Numbered from the whole stretch's first letter, positions 1 to 14,360 are shown. The stretch: 61,522 bases of DNA, filler included, from Choristocarpus tenellus KU-1152 (GCA_964200185.2; 11 parts of 11 records of this genome joined end to end with filler, not necessarily neighbours in it); one strand, 5' to 3'. Notes: generated from the letters alone by a model not told the origin. Translations and numbers: made by a program.

Positions 1-293
1 CCCCCCTCGAGTTGTTATGTACGGAAGTACTGAGTGGATTCGTTATGCCCTCCGCACCACAAAATAAGTCAAAATATTATGTGAAGGGCGAAAGGAATCT
101 CCAGGTGCATTTCCTAGTAGAGGAACACCCTGTGCCATACCTTGCCGGCTTCCTCTCCCTTAAGTCCAGTGGGGTGTGTGTGCTCTCTATATAGCCCTAC
201 CCTTGTCGTCTCTACCTGCATCCATTTTGCAAGAAGACATGGCAACCTCTTGCACCACTGGACGCCAACTCGTTTCTCCGGTTGACTGTGTAG

Positions 294-3267
294 GTGGAGC
301 GGAATTATGGGCTAGGCTGCCGGCTGATGGAGCTTGGGACCAATGGGTGGGACTGAGGAGGTCGCTCTCTGGCTTGTATTGTGCTTCTCTCGAATCCCTC
401 GATAAGACAAGGTTAATGAGGGACTGGGAAGGGAGAAGCTGCTAGAAGATAATTTATTTGGCGTGCATACTCTTAAGTAAGCAGTTGGTTAACCGTAACT
501 CTTGTTGGAGATTCAAGTCGTCTGGATGTATTCAAGTTGCACTTGTTGCCGGTGGAATAAAATGAATGAAGTCTTAAACATAAAACAAGAAAGGCCTTTA
601 ACAAGGGATGATCACATGAAATAGTTTGAGATAGTTATGTCTACTTCTTGCTTCCAGTATTTTTAAGGGACTATATCGAATTAATTTGGAGATCGTTAAA
701 ATTAATAAAAAACACAATGTATTCCTTATTAAAATTTCGCTGGAGTAATGGTAGCAGAAGAAGATATGGAAGCAAAAGAAATATTTGATACGCTAGATTC
801 TGAAAAAAAAGGTAAATTATATGTGCACAAATTATGCCATTATTGGTTAAATTACTTTTACTCAAATGATCCAACTTGTCCAAGTAAGTGGGTCTTTGGT
901 AAGCTTAACATGTAAATTTTACTGACATGAATTCCATACCAAATCTAAATTTATCTAAATAGAATAGTTTTCGCATTATTTGGAAATAGAACTAATCAAA
1001 TAGAAAAACGATCAGATGAAAGTCAACCTAGAAGAGAGTGCTTATATAGTCAAGCAGAGGGTGGGGGAAAAAAATGAACAAGAAATAAGGGACTAAAAAG
1101 GTGTCCACGTGAGAGCACGACTTCATTCTTTGAACAGGGTGGTGGTGCTTTTGGTTTTGATCTATTGCCCTCAAAATGTGTCGAGCAATACCACAAGGTT
1201 GACAACATATATTCCTTTCTGTCCCTCACTTTGCCTCTTTTTTTTGGGCTATCCTCTCTGACTGACACTAAGGGTGCATGAGCCTTTCCTCATGACCATG
1301 CATGGACAAGGTCGATCACTAGAGGAGGGGGATGAGGAGAACATGACTGGGGCTGACGCAGGGGATAGGGAGGAGACGACACTGTTACGTGGAACGCTGC
1401 CAAGAGAGCCGGTGTGTACTGAGAACCTGACGCCTTTGATCAAGATGCTTCCCTGTCGATCAAAGGTAAGACATCTTCACCGCTACACAGCCAGCACCAA
1501 TATTGGCAACGATCAGCTCTCTGACATTCCCTCCCTTCTCCCTGCCTCCCATGCAATGCATCAGAAGCTGCCCACGTCATCATGTATGTCCTTGTTCTTG
1601 GTTAGGGCTGTAATTGTTTCTTGATGGATAGCTCACTCTTGCCGGCCTTGACAAAGTTTGAAGCCCCTCTGGCAGTGTGTTAGTGACTAGTCGCACCTAT
1701 GGGGTTGGGGTTAGGGTTAGGGTTAGGGTTAATGTGATAAAGTCAATGTGATCCAGTTGGGTTGACTAAACAGTGCAAGTGAGAGTACTCCAGGGGGTAT
1801 TTTCGTATACATTATATATATCGATTTTCGTATACATGTATCAGGCGCCTAAGATCAGGCAGCAGAGGGATTGGGCTATTCTAAGCAGTTGGCTACTTAC
1901 TGTGCTGCAGTGTGTACACTATGACACAACACTCACAGCAGGCTTGGAATAGTCATCGCCTTGAAGTTTCGTCTAAGATAGAAGATGTGAAGGTCATGTA
2001 CATGGTTCCAGGGATTTGCATACGTTTGGAAAGTACATCATTTTGATCACCACTAGATAGTTGGTACAACTACATTTTATTTTTGATGCGTGTATGGCAT
2101 TTTATTACTGTGGATTTGCTCTGAAGGGTGAACGCCTGTTCAATTGGGAGAGCACTTGCCTGATGGTTGTGTGTTTGAATCGACTTTAAACCCTAACCCT
2201 AGCACTCGGCATGTCGTCTAAGGCTAGGTAAGAAAGAGGAAAGACCCTGACCCTAACCCTAACCCTAACCCTAACCTTTTTTTGCTGTTTACAACTGACA
2301 CCAGAAGATGAGGATATAATGTTGTCCTTGTGCAGTGACAAAATTGTTTAGGGTTAGGGTTTGGTTCTCTGACATGACTGCATCGCCTTTGTTAGGCCCT
2401 GTTCATCTCTGCCATTGTATATGCTGTGCTGGTGCCTGCAAGTGTAAGCAGACTTGTGTTGAAGTATTTAGCCTTGTGTTGAAGTATTTAGCCTTGTGTT
2501 GAAGTTTTTACGGAATGGAGTTTGTGAGGGAACCTCCCTAAGTGAGCTCTAGAAGCTCAAAGTTGCTTTTCTCATGCCAGATATCAATGGATCTATGGAA
2601 AGGTGCTGTGTCTCTTGTTCATTCTGCTGTCCACGTTAGTAATCGATTAGGGTTAGGATTAGGGTTAGGGTTACTTGCAACTTATTCATTGAATATCTGT
2701 AGGTCTGAAGTAGACTAGGGCTGACCACCTCTGCCTCTTCCCTCACTGACATGATCGGATCTGCTGGAGGAGTGTTGTTCTCCTCCCCAGAGCTTATGGT
2801 TGTATGTGTGTGTGTGCTCGTAGCCCTATGCTTGTTATTTGCCTGCAAACACGCCTGACTGTGGTGAATAAGAAGGTCTAGTAACAGCAAGACATTGGTG
2901 TAGCACTGATGATCTTCACCCAGCGTTGATTTAATCTGCAAAGGCAGTTTGTTGGGGATATATTGGCACCGGTTCATGGAGGGGGTCTGTATCTTGCAAT
3001 AGTGCGCAAATTTGTATGAGATACGATGGTGGACTTGCACCATGCTCCACCAGCCCGTTCTCGCAGTGCGTTGACCTTGGTAACTATCCCATGGGGTACC
3101 TATGAAAAATGGACAAATTAGAGGACCCTGTGAGGAAAAACATCCCTCAGAATTCCTGTGGAAAATGCCCCAAAAGGACAACTTGTAAGATAGCCTTGGT
3201 AAGGGTGATGATGTCGCATGACAGGTACATTTTGCATCACTAAGATTATTATTACTATTGTCAGTAC

Positions 3268-3299
<32 letters not shown>

Positions 3300-4903
3300 A
3301 TTATTATTACAGTTTTGTTCAACCCCTCGGAAGGTCATCCTCTTAGAGATTCCTTGAACCTCCTCAGGAACACAGGTCCATTCCTGTTTTTCTTATTCCC
3401 CCCCCCCCCTCACCAAGAGTCCCCAACCTTCCAGCGTATTATGTAGAGTTGAAGTTAGGGTTTGGTCAGTGGTGCAGTAGAGTAACTTTCAGAAAGCTGT
3501 TGGCAAAACGTGTATGTCGTTTCCTGCACCTTGTGAGGGGGTGTTGAATATACATCGCGTTAGTGTCATACCACTCCATAGAGTGCCAATTTGATTTTCA
3601 AAAGTCAGTGGTAAATGGGAATTTTCTGGATTAGGCCGGGGTATATGCTTCCTTTGTGAGTGTTGCAACCTTTTGTTACGTTACTGGCCATAGAGGGGTA
3701 TGGAGTATCTAAGGGTGTGTGTGGAATACTGAGACAAGGTCCGAAAATAGCAGACTCAGAGCTTTGCTCTTTGGAATTTGTAAGGGTAGTATGTGGTCTT
3801 CCATCAGATTCAGTTCTATTGGGAGCTCTCAGGGGGCGCAAATAAGCCCATTATCATGTGTCGGGTTTTGGGGGTTAGGGTTAGGGTCACTTATGGCTCT
3901 GAAGCCACGGGTAATACGTGTGGTGCAGCAAATGAGCTACGAGAGCAACTCTCAAAATCTTATTTTTCTTGTATATTGATCTTTAGTGGTTGTGTTTGTT
4001 GTTGATGTTATTGGCACTGTTGTTGATGTGGGTATGGGCACTGTTGTTTCTCTTCTGTGGTGAGTTAGCTGTCTGCCCAGCACCCCATCTTATCCATGTT
4101 TGTCTCTGGTGTTGGTAAACCTCAGCGGGGACAAGGCTAAGGATTTTGAAAATCTTGGTAGGTCTCAGAGGGTAGGTCTTAGAGGTTGAGAATTTCCCAG
4201 CGCTTCCAGCTGTGAAGTTGTGACAGTTATGCATTTTTTGTAGCTTTCTTTTTTTGGGGTGTCATGCGTGTAAAATAGCTTTGATTATCGTAAAATAGAT
4301 TTGATTATTTTTTCCTTTGATTTGGGGTGGAAGTGGATCTTTCAAGTCTTGTGGAGGTGAAAGCTAGTACTACGTAGTGGGCACTCTAAGGTAAATCTTG
4401 GTTGTAATATGTCACAATATTGCCCTTGCATGTACAGAACAGACAATGTAGAGAAATTATGTTTTGGTCTTATCAGTGGCCTGATCTTGCTTCCTCCTCA
4501 GTAAGTTAAACAGAGTAAGACGTGATATGATGTAACTCTGGCAGGTGGATGAGTTTGGGTGTCTCTCTGTGTCTAGTAATGTCGTCGAACATGTCACTAG
4601 AATTCTACCTTCTCTTACAGTACATTGGATTCCGACTGACCATCCCCCAAAAGGTAATGTTTTGTTTTTGCTTACATACTCAATACTGTGTTGTGTGTCT
4701 ATTACTATGTTGTGTCTATTTTTTGTTTGTGAGTGGGGAACGTGTTGAATGCTTGCAACAACACATTTTTTCTTTTTTTTTATTGTGTTGTATCGTTGTT
4801 CGTTCAGGCCGGCCTGGGACAAGTCCTTTACCCCACACGCCTTTTTGAAGCGGAATATCACTCCCTCTCCGTGCATGCAGTGGCCACCTGGGGAGGGGTG
4901 GGG
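294..4903 (+). CDS. PIGT: GPI transamidase subunit PIG-T/GPI16, partial spliced gene; exons 294-411, 1273-1465, 4808-4903 (cut by contig end)
   Basis: Spliced translation GGAELWARL..W..LRRSLSGLYCASLESLD / LRGTLPREPVCTENLTPLIKMLPCRSK / AGLGQVLYPTRLFEAEYHSLSVH matches the PIG-T motifs GAELW, LSGLFCASL and LPRExVCTENLTPxxKLLPC. GT-AG junctions are phase-consistent. Confidence 0.9.
1701..1730 (+). repeat. Interstitial telomere-like (TTAGGG)n
   Basis: GGGGTTGGGGTTAGGGTTAGGGTTAGGGTT. Confidence 0.85.
2244..2276 (-). repeat. Interstitial telomere-like (CCCTAA)n
   Basis: ACCCTGACCCTAACCCTAACCCTAACCCTAACC. Confidence 0.85.
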
Positions 4904-5003
4904 NNNNNNNNNNNNNNNNNNNNNNNNNNNNNNNNNNNNNNNNNNNNTTAATTAATTAANNNNNNNNNNNNNNNNNNNNNNNNNNNNNNNNNNNNNNNNN
5001 NNN
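4904..5003. other. Artificial contig linker; identical linkers at 12849-12948, 25242-25341, 28968-29067, 35301-35400, 38005-38104, 40960-41059, 46824-46923, 50577-50676 and 58549-58648
   Basis: N44-TTAATTAATTAA-N44, with stops in all six frames, occurs ten times with identical length. Confidence 0.97.
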
Positions 5004-7799
5004 GGGGCCTCTTCCAACCGTGGGGGGTCCAGAAAAAAGGTGGTCACATGATCTCACACATTTATCAGTCCGACTGAAAAAAAATCCAAGGGGGCAGGTA
5101 CAACAGTTACATAAATAACCTGCGATAATGCACAACCTCAACCTCAACTTCAACTTCAACTTGACAAGGTTTTCTAAGAAAAGGTGCATTTCAAGTACTG
5201 AGTATTATTATCAGATCTAAGGCATGCGTATCGCACCTCTTGGCTGAACAGCGAGAAAATATGTCCACAGATGATCTCAGATGCAAAGGAGTGCTGTGGC
5301 CTGTCCAAAAACGTTTTGCCTGCGAATATGGGAGGGATCCTCCGGAAGGTGACACTGAACCTCCGAGAGCTTGGGTTACTGAGGTTGAGGATCACTATAG
5401 ACACTTATAGACTAATACCAACAATAATTGCCAACACCAGATCATTGAACAAGGGACAACACTAGATTACTTCCACACTATTATTCATTGTCAAACTTGA
5501 CACAAAAGGCTAAACAATACATAAATTGCATGTTTTTAACTGTTGGGGAAGTGGTGAAACTACCTCTCCTCTGTTACGATCTCCACTATCCCACTCAAGG
5601 TCGCAACAACATACTCTCCTAGTCATATTAGTGGTTGGTATGGTATACACCATACACCAATAGAATACAGACCATCAATGCACACAGTTCTGTACCTAAT
5701 GACTCAATGGGTCAGATTTGTCCTGCAACCTGCTCTATCTTCTTATATTAGAATTTCAAAAATATTGTGGAGTTGGATGAAAAAATTGAAGAGTGTGACT
5801 ATCAAACTTCAGGTGAGGTGAGGTGAGGTGTGGTGTGGTACACAATGTGATACACGAACATGACTTGCTACCATGAACTGACATCTGTATCTACCATACG
5901 ACTTCATCTCTACATTGCTGAGTGGTGTACACATAATCTCTTTGGGAGACAACACCTCTAAACACAACCTTTTGAAATTTTAGCAAGTAAGTGTGACAAT
6001 ATGTAACACTTGATAAATATTACTGACATAAAAGTACCGACAAAATTAGCCTTACTCACTAAAAGTATGTTATGAATGTTGTTAGTCAAATATTTCAAAA
6101 GAAGAAAAGAAAGCCCAGAGAGTCCTCTGTCCACCAACCACCTAGAAAATCATCACTCACATCTTCCTCAATAATTTTCAAGACTAGTATTGTAAATTGA
6201 TTACCACCTGCATGAAAATTAGAAAAGCAGCGGGGTATTCTTCACTACTACAAGAAAAAGAATAAAAAAAACAACGATGTGGTCAGGATACCTCTCACAA
6301 TGTATGAGAGTTCTGTCCCTGATAAATTACACTTATAGACACGATACAGTTTCATTTTCTTGGGTCATATCTGGCTGGTTTGTGTTCTGATTCTTTGTTT
6401 GACATGAAGGAGCTAGTACCTACACGAGGGTTGTAAACCGATGGGGTCAACCAAACACCAAGGGATCTGGTAATAACTATTGCAATATCCAACGAATTTT
6501 CAAGTTCTCATCGATGATAGATCCACACTACACATCAGAGGTATCTGTACAGCTAAATTCTAAATGAAAAATAATAAAAAAACACCCCCAACTTCTACTT
6601 TGTCGAGTATACCTGTAAAATTTGTTCATTCACCTTCTGATCCACTTGTCGGTAACAGTAACCATCACGATACCCTTGAGTAGGATGCATTTTTATCCCC
6701 AGCATCAAATTAAAAATTGGAATACAAATAGTTTTTTTGACAATCAAAATTTTGGCCAAGTATAATGGAAGAGGCAGAGCTATTCTAAACGATTGCTTGG
6801 AGATACCCTATACAACACAAAAAACAATACTGGCAACATGCTCACACTTCCCCATTCAAGACTTATAAGCAGCTTCGGTGGAGACTTGGACCCAAGCAGT
6901 GAAATATGGGGCGAAGTCAATTCCTATACCTAAAGTATTGTTGTATGTAAAATAGGTAGATCATGTGCAGATACCAGTACCCACGAGGAAAAAGTTCGAA
7001 ATTTGATTCCTAGCACTGGCTTTACGACACTCAACATGTCGAGAATAATGCTTGGATACTTACGTGATAGTATTTTTGGCTACAATTGGACTACATCACT
7101 AGGATTCAATTGAAAGGAGAAATGTTCAATATTGAAATTGTAGTCTTTGATTCAACTGTTAGGTCAATTCTCATGTACATGTGAGATCACACTCAACCTC
7201 TCCATCATAACCACATAGATAGCTATAGTTCTTGATATTCACACATACTCATACAGCCTTTCAATCCAAAACACTTGGGTACAATATAATTATGCAAGGA
7301 AAATTATTTATGGAAGGTACACGATAACAAAACGGTGCACTGTTGTAATGTAATGATAATTCAAGCGTTCTGTCCAAATTAGGGGAGGAGAAACCACGGC
7401 AGAACTGAGGAAGGGACTGAACGAGTAAGAGAGGATGAGCAGTTGCCAGATGCTCAGTGAGCACATCTCTTCACCAAAAAAGTTATCACCACTGCTCTTT
7501 GGGTGCTCGTATAACAGGTGCAAATTTAATAGAGAAAAATTGTGTTTTGCAATGTGCTCACTCAACACACCCACGGTGTGGTTCTACCTACCCCCATCAA
7601 ACTCAACGATTGATGGAGACAAGACAGCAAGCCAGTTGCCTCAGCGAAGCATGTAGGTCTTCGTTTCACTTACAGTTCTTTGTCAGGTGCTAATTCATGT
7701 GTCACGCATGTGCACTGTTACAGAAATCCCCTTATCTCTCGGTTCCTACACCAAACAACAGAGTAATAATGGTGATCAAGGGGAACAACTGTAGGGGTT

Positions 7800-8064
7800 T
7801 ATGAAGAGCCTTGAAGAAATTGACAAGCATAGATAAGGCCATATTCTAAGGATATCAAGAATCAGCAAAAAGATACAATTCGTATAATTGCAGAAGAGCC
7901 TTTGCTGAATTGTGGTGACAATTTGTGTGTATAAGAAGGTGAGTATCAACTTCGCATACACGTTTGTGCACATAGAAGCTATGAAATAGAGGGTATATTG
8001 CTCATGGTAACAAAGATGGCTCAGACTGCAAAAGGTCCCAAGCCCGCCTGCCCACCCCTTAATT
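7800..8064 (+). repeat. Dispersed repeat family C copy 1 (approximate bounds)
   Basis: Shares CTGAATTGTGGT, AACTTYGCRTACAC, TGCACATA, TGAAATAG and CCTGCCCACC..AATT in order with 15880-16133. Confidence 0.7.
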
Positions 8065-8576
8065 TGCCCCCCAAAATCTCTATGATACTACCTAATCTAC
8101 CACTAACAAATAAACATTTATCACTTACATGTTTCCCACAAAAAAATACAAAATATAGGAACCAAACAAAAAACATCTGTCATGTCAAAAGATAAAGTCA
8201 TGCCACATTATACTCCAACAAAGAGCAACAGACAAGACTTCTGAACAAGTAGGTCCATGAAACACACATTTTCACATCCCTACCACTGAGTGCATTACAA
8301 CCCACAAAAACACATCCCACAGCCCTCCCCAGAAGGATACCAGGTGCTGACACCCAGCAGCAACTCTTCCTAAGCATTTCATTGCTGTTCCCATCATTCC
8401 CAAATAGAGACAACCAGGTTCCCATCATCCTCCACCTCTCTGCTGTATGTATGCCCCTTGAAAAGAAAGGCGCAGCTACAGAGACACAGCTTGAGATAGG
8501 TACCCACATGTAATTGTTTATTCATACTCCCTCACCATCACCCCCCTCTACACTTTCTCCATGCACAATCAACCCC

Positions 8577-11500
8577 TCAATCACCCAAATGTGACCTGTC
8601 AATCAAGATGCATATGGCCTCATACAGCAGGTCCGCATCTTGCTCCTGAGACGTCTCAAAGCCCACCTTCTCACCCCCCGCCGAGATCCACACAATAGTT
8701 CTCTGTGTAAAAGTCACATCATCAAAACGTTGTCGACAGGGAGGGCCAGACATCATTATTGGTAAACGTTTGCTGTCGCCCTCAAGTCTCTGGCGCCAAT
8801 TTCCACCGTACTTGTGTACCTGGGGAGGAGGGAATTTGACCTCGTTGACAAAACCTTTGCATTTCTTTACCACACAAACATGCACGACTGATTGAATGGA
8901 CGTTTGCTTTTTGTTTCAACGGATAATTTGAACCTGTGGTGTACTTTCTTGGGTCGCAGAAAGAAAAATGTATAAAAGCTTTTTCGGAAGTGGAACCTAC
9001 AAATTGCAAACTAGACTTTAAAAAAAATTAGCACCAGGGTAAAAGACGTATGTGTGCGTGGGGTTTCTCTACGAGGTCATTAGGAGTGGGGTATGTGATC
9101 TTCCATCACACATACACAAGCTTCCTAACACACATACTATACGTAGGTATTATGTACTTAACATCTTCAGGGGTCAGAAGCTTCAAAGTTACGATCCAAT
9201 CTTAAAAAGCTCGTTTGTAAAACAAGCTAGAGAGTACTAAAAAACAGTACCTCATGCTACTTCACTGCAATGAAAAATAGGTTTAGAGCAAGAATAGTAA
9301 GACTGGGTGTCACCCAATTCAATGCCACACCACACCCACACCCCCCCCCNNNNNNNNNNTGTGGGGAGGTGGGCTTTACTTGGCGCACTCCAACCTCCCC
9401 ACTCCCCCCCCCCCCCCCCCCCCCCCGTGAACAGCCCGAAGCAAGATATCCCATCCACAGACGTAGAAGGATACCTTAGCGAAAGCTCTCGAAGACAAAC
9501 AGGAAACACTTATGTTTCGGTTCTCATCCCTGCCCTAACTTGGGGTTAGAGATTTGGAAGGTGCAGAAAAAATATCAAAATGCAGTGGTACTGATTAATT
9601 AAAAAAAAGTAACGGCAACAACAACAAGAAATTCACAGACGCACACACACTCTAGTTTGTAGGATTTTTTTTTCTTCAAAAAATGACTCGGCACACACAA
9701 CAGTCTTAAATTTAAATTACTACTGGGACCACAAGAAGAAACAAGCACCAATTGTGGAGTCATCACTCACAGTAAGCTCGATTTAATCCTGAAATGTGGC
9801 GCTAGAATTGTAACCTTTTGTAACGTGTGCAACGCATCCAACCGTAGCAGGTACGTAAGTGCTATGTGCGATACTTGAAATAGTGGGGAGCACATGGTAG
9901 GCTTACAATCAGCCAGTACAAGTTGAGGTCACAAAAAATATTCCAAAATCGAGTCAATTTGCATGTCTGTTTGTAGTCTACATTTACCGCACATACTAGA
10001 GACTTTAATGAACACCTTGACACATTGCTAGCATATTTCAAATTATTTTTCCACACAGGCACCTACGCACAACTACTGCAACTCCCTCACTCGCATATCT
10101 TGGAAGACACCACCCATCCCATGGGCTTCCCCCCCTATGCCCACACCACTCCCTTAGAGTATATATATATATATATATATCTACGAATAGTGCAATACAA
10201 ATAATTATATAAATGTATGTATCGATATTAAGGAGAACAGCACAAAGCTGCATTTGCAGACCCTCAAGCAGAGATTCTAGTCCTGTGGGATGGGGAGGAG
10301 AGAGGGTATGCTGTAAACAAGTTAGTGGAGATACTGGGCATGGCAACTTGCAATGGTGCAATATCTCAACCGGACGTAACACAAAAGGATCACTCTGCAA
10401 GAGGAGGGCATCGTGCTTGATGGTTCTTGGCCTCCCATCAGAGGTCAAAGCAAGGGCTAGAGTTGGGGTAAACTGGTTCATAGCAATCTGACGCTGTCTG
10501 AAACACTGTATCTCTCCCATGAGACGCAGACTGTACAAGGGGAAGGGACGGGAGGTTGCTGGTGGTGTTTCACAATTCCTGTGCGTTGAACCATTTGCAC
10601 ACTCTTACCTCAAGCTCCACCTCAGAGATGGCTGCTAAGGGGACTCGGCTTGATGTTGCCCCAGGCTTCTTTTGAGGTCTGTTCCACACCAAAGCGCCAT
10701 TGTATTCTGGTACGTAGCGGATGACCCTGCTTCCTCCTTTTTGTGATCTATTTGCCTGTCGCTTGAGGACCTTGAGACCATCTCCCTTCATCACCTGTCA
10801 GGGTATTACATATACATGAGACATCAACAAAAGTACATACCTTGGGATGAATTAAGAACCGTCTTGTGTACGGTTGAAGAGCAGGACCACGTCAGACAAA
10901 GGAATCATCAATCTTTAGAAAATGAGGGAAGAGAGAGGTTACAACAAAAAACATTGCTTCCCTGCTTCAGCTCCAATGCCCCACCCCACCCACTCCCCCA
11001 CTCTGTGTTTACTCGCCGTGTAGAAGGTGGACAGGATCTCTTCCTCGTGTGCCTTCCTCTTAGCTTCATCATCCGCAACATTAGGAGCCTTGTCCTTGGG
11101 TGATCTCGATGCTTCAGGATCCTCACTTCATAGGAAAAATGTGTGTTAAGGTCACAGGACAACACTATTGAGGACCAGGAAAAAGATGGACAACATACCT
11201 GAGGGCGTGTGAATCGCTTTGTCTAACGCCCACTTATACTTGTGTATCGATGTGTATATAAATATAAATAAGGGAGTTCAGTCAGGTAGGCTTATGCTCA
11301 CCCTCCTATCCTTTTACAGCTCAAGATACAAATATGTATATATTGATGCGAGAAGATCACGTTATATATTTGATATGATAGAACGAAACAGGGGGGGGGC
11401 AGAGGCCAAGCATCTCACTCAGCACCCGCTAAGGAAGCTGTGTAACAACCCCAACAAAGGGGAAAGGATGTAGTATTGAGTATTATGGCAATCCTAATTG

Positions 11501-12525
11501 AAAAAATCATCGAGGTCACAGTCAAAAAGTATGCAATCACTCAACTACTTTAGAGCAAATACGTTACATGGTCACTGCACACTTTGCTTCAGACTTTTCC
11601 TCATGGTATTTCAGAGATCCTAGTGGACACCCCCGCAATGCTCGGTAATGGGTGCACCCTTTATAACTTAACTGACCTTAAATCGTTCCAGAGCAACTTT
11701 TTGTTTGAAAATGAATCTTTCAGTGAACAACACTAAAAAGATGGGTAAGTCGAACACTTGCATTGATGGGGTCTCCCTCCACCTAGGGAAGTCCAATCCC
11801 TTCTTTCCACACAGCAAAACATCGGACAAAAACCAATTCAATATGTATGTTGCACAAAAACACTAGGGATTGAATATCTTGAGCTATCAGAGGTCATTCA
11901 ATATGCTCTGAGAATGGATCGCTCTCTTTATCACACTGTTGTGCATCAATTCAAAATAAATTAGAAAAAGTTGAACCAACACTTGCACACATAGACTATT
12001 TGTGAAATCTGATTCATCAACATGGTTGCTAGTGTATCAGGACTAAGATTCCCTGTATTAGTTGAGCTTCCAATTACAAGTCTACCACACAGACCTCTAC
12101 ACATTGCCATCAAATAAATCTTTGAAATGGGGCACACATAGGTCAAAGTTAACTATTGAGTATGAAATATCTAAAGAAGCATGTCCTCCCAAAAAACACC
12201 CAACTTCCCTATTTTTTCATCCCAATTGCCTCCTACCCCCTGTCCCAAAAGAGTGGGATTCTTTTGGTGATATGGTTCTCTAAGAAAGAAAATTACATCC
12301 TCATAGACACCATTGACAAATTTCTGCTGAAAAAATCAAATCTTACTGACCTCTTCAAATATCTTTTACCTACCCCTTCCCCTCTCCTTTCTTAACTTCT
12401 TCGAGGGAATTATCTAGATTGAGCATTTCACCACAGAGAAGCAAAATGAAAACACATTAGCAATTTCATGAAAAAACATACCTGGGACTGATGACTTCAT
12501 CTGCAGTGACTTCAGGCTCACTACC
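8577..12525 (-). CDS. C-terminal part of a PH-like domain protein; exons 12482-12525, 11017-11125, 10609-10794, 8577-8702
   Basis: Four exons join in frame: GSEPEVTADEVISPS-EDPEASRS...EEEILSTFYT-VMKGDGLKVLKRQANRSQKGGSRVIRYVPEYNGALVWNRPQKK..SRVPLAAISEVELE-RTIVWISAGGEKVGFETSQEQDADLLYEAICILIDRSHLGD*. The beta-strand pattern plus terminal helix resembles a PH fold. One GC donor is used. Confidence 0.65.
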
Positions 12526-12948
12526 CTAAGGATCAAGGGGGGGTAGAGTGGCCAAGAGCACATGTGCGTGAGTGACAAAAAGGAATTACAAAAAGGAATT
12601 ACAATGAGACTCTATACTTCTGTGTATGCTTCAACTGACGGTAAGATAGAGGGTAGGGGTTAGTGTGAAGGGGACTAAAAGTCTGAAACGTAAGTACAAC
12701 AGCATTTGTGTCAGAAAAAAAAGAACGTGTAAGGCGCTACCCTTGTGCCCAGCACCCTACAAACACACAAACACAGCACATTTTGGAAATTCCCCTCATC
12801 AAGAAAACCAGAGCCTCAAACCAGCAATAATTGGGTCAAAGTATCTTGNNNNNNNNNNNNNNNNNNNNNNNNNNNNNNNNNNNNNNNNNNNNTTAATTAA
12901 TTAANNNNNNNNNNNNNNNNNNNNNNNNNNNNNNNNNNNNNNNNNNNN

Positions 12949-14360
12949 ACGTCAAGCGTTAGAACATTGGCATGGCAATCCCCCCGTCGACCCCCCCCTG
13001 TAGGAAAGGTGTGCCTAAGTGCCCTTGAATACCAGGTTGCGCTTGCAGTGTGGCACGCCCTTGCCATGGTCCCTGGTGAGCATAAGCTGTCGTGACACAT
13101 TGGGTCGGCCCTGCAGCGGAGTTTGGAGTGTTCGAGCGTAGTAGGTGGCCTTTGGAGCTCATACCGACCAAGGTGGCCGCAATACATAGTATCAACTCTG
13201 ATAATCGGTCATCCACAGTGCGTCAGGTGAGACAATGAAGATGGCCGCCAAGGCTGAATTATAGCGTGAGCACCACAAACATGTGGTTGGACGATATGAG
13301 AGTCATGCTGAATCACCGCTGGATCAAGCACAAGCTTAAATCGTGGCAAAAGGTGTGGAGAATGGACTTTGTTTGCAATCAAGTGGACCGGAAAGGTGGT
13401 GTGTATGCCTCCATGGCGAACATGATCCATGATCCATGTGGGTGAAACCTGGTTTTACGTGATAGCTGATAGGGATAGGGTTAGGGTATTTCCGCATGAG
13501 GATGATAGCAATCTTCCAGGGTCCCCTACTGTGCAGCATAAGAGTCATATCCTCAAAATCATGATCATGCGGCCAACGCCCGCCCAGATTCGGCTCACAG
13601 CTTTGATGGAAAGCTTGGTGTTTGGCGTGCGTGTGCTCCAAAAACGGCAGACAGGACAAGCAAGAACCATAAGGAGGGGGATGCCTACGGACAGGACTGT
13701 ACTTTGGATCATCTGTGGTACAGGAAGTGGTACACGGAGGAGTTGCTGCCTGCAATCAAGACCAAGATGCCTTGGTTGCAAGGGAAGCACATTGTCATTC
13801 AGGAAGACGGTGCCACCCTCCACACGGACAAGGGCAACTCAGAAATCTTGTCTGGGGCAGGGAAGACTGAGGGTTGGTTGATTAGGTTTCTGACACAGCC
13901 ATCTAACTCCCCCGACCTCAATATCATGGACCTGTGCTTCTTCAGGTCTTTGAAATGCCGGGTGATGGGAGAGCGGTTTGGGTCCATTGAGGAGATGGTG
14001 AAGGTCATTAAGAAACAATATGAGGAGTATGATGAGACTACACTTGAGAGGGCTTGGCAGTTCCTTTTTGTGGTGTACAATCAAGTACTTTGATACAAAG
14101 GGGCGAATGACTTCAGTGTGGAGCACACAGGGGTAAGGAAGAGGCTTATGTCTGGTGAGGTTGAAAACACGCCGAAGGTATACATGGAGTTTTTTTCTGT
14201 AGCTAATAAAATTGTGATGGATGGGGAGTAATAACATTAAAAAGAGCTGACCCTAACCAGAAATTCGTCAAAGGATTCCACATCTTCTCTCAGAAATGGA
14301 TTTCATCAAGATTTTCAAAAGTTTTGGGCAACGTGGCACAGACTTATGGCACCGAGGTAG
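12949..14360 (+). mobile_element. Degenerate Tc1/mariner transposon (plant/oomycete DD39D-like group); left end missing
   Basis: Frameshifted pieces IHVGETWFY..VQHKSHILKIM and IVIQEDGATLH..TQPSNSPDLNIMDLCFFRSL. The right end ...GGCACCGAGGTAG at 14360 is followed by TA and reads CTACCTCGGT on the minus strand, similar to Stowaway/mariner termini. Confidence 0.88.
13429..14093 (+). pseudogene. Mariner transposase catalytic region, disrupted
   Basis: The first catalytic Asp is replaced (IHVGETWFY vs consensus VHIDEKWFY), the frame shifts between ORFs 13429 and 13704, and there is a TGA at 14091-14093. Confidence 0.8.

Noticed and set aside
2636-3322. 228-aa minus-strand ORF as a gene
   Set aside because: It starts in an (ATT)n microsatellite, ends in telomere-like repeats, lies in a PIG-T intron and has no recognisable motif.
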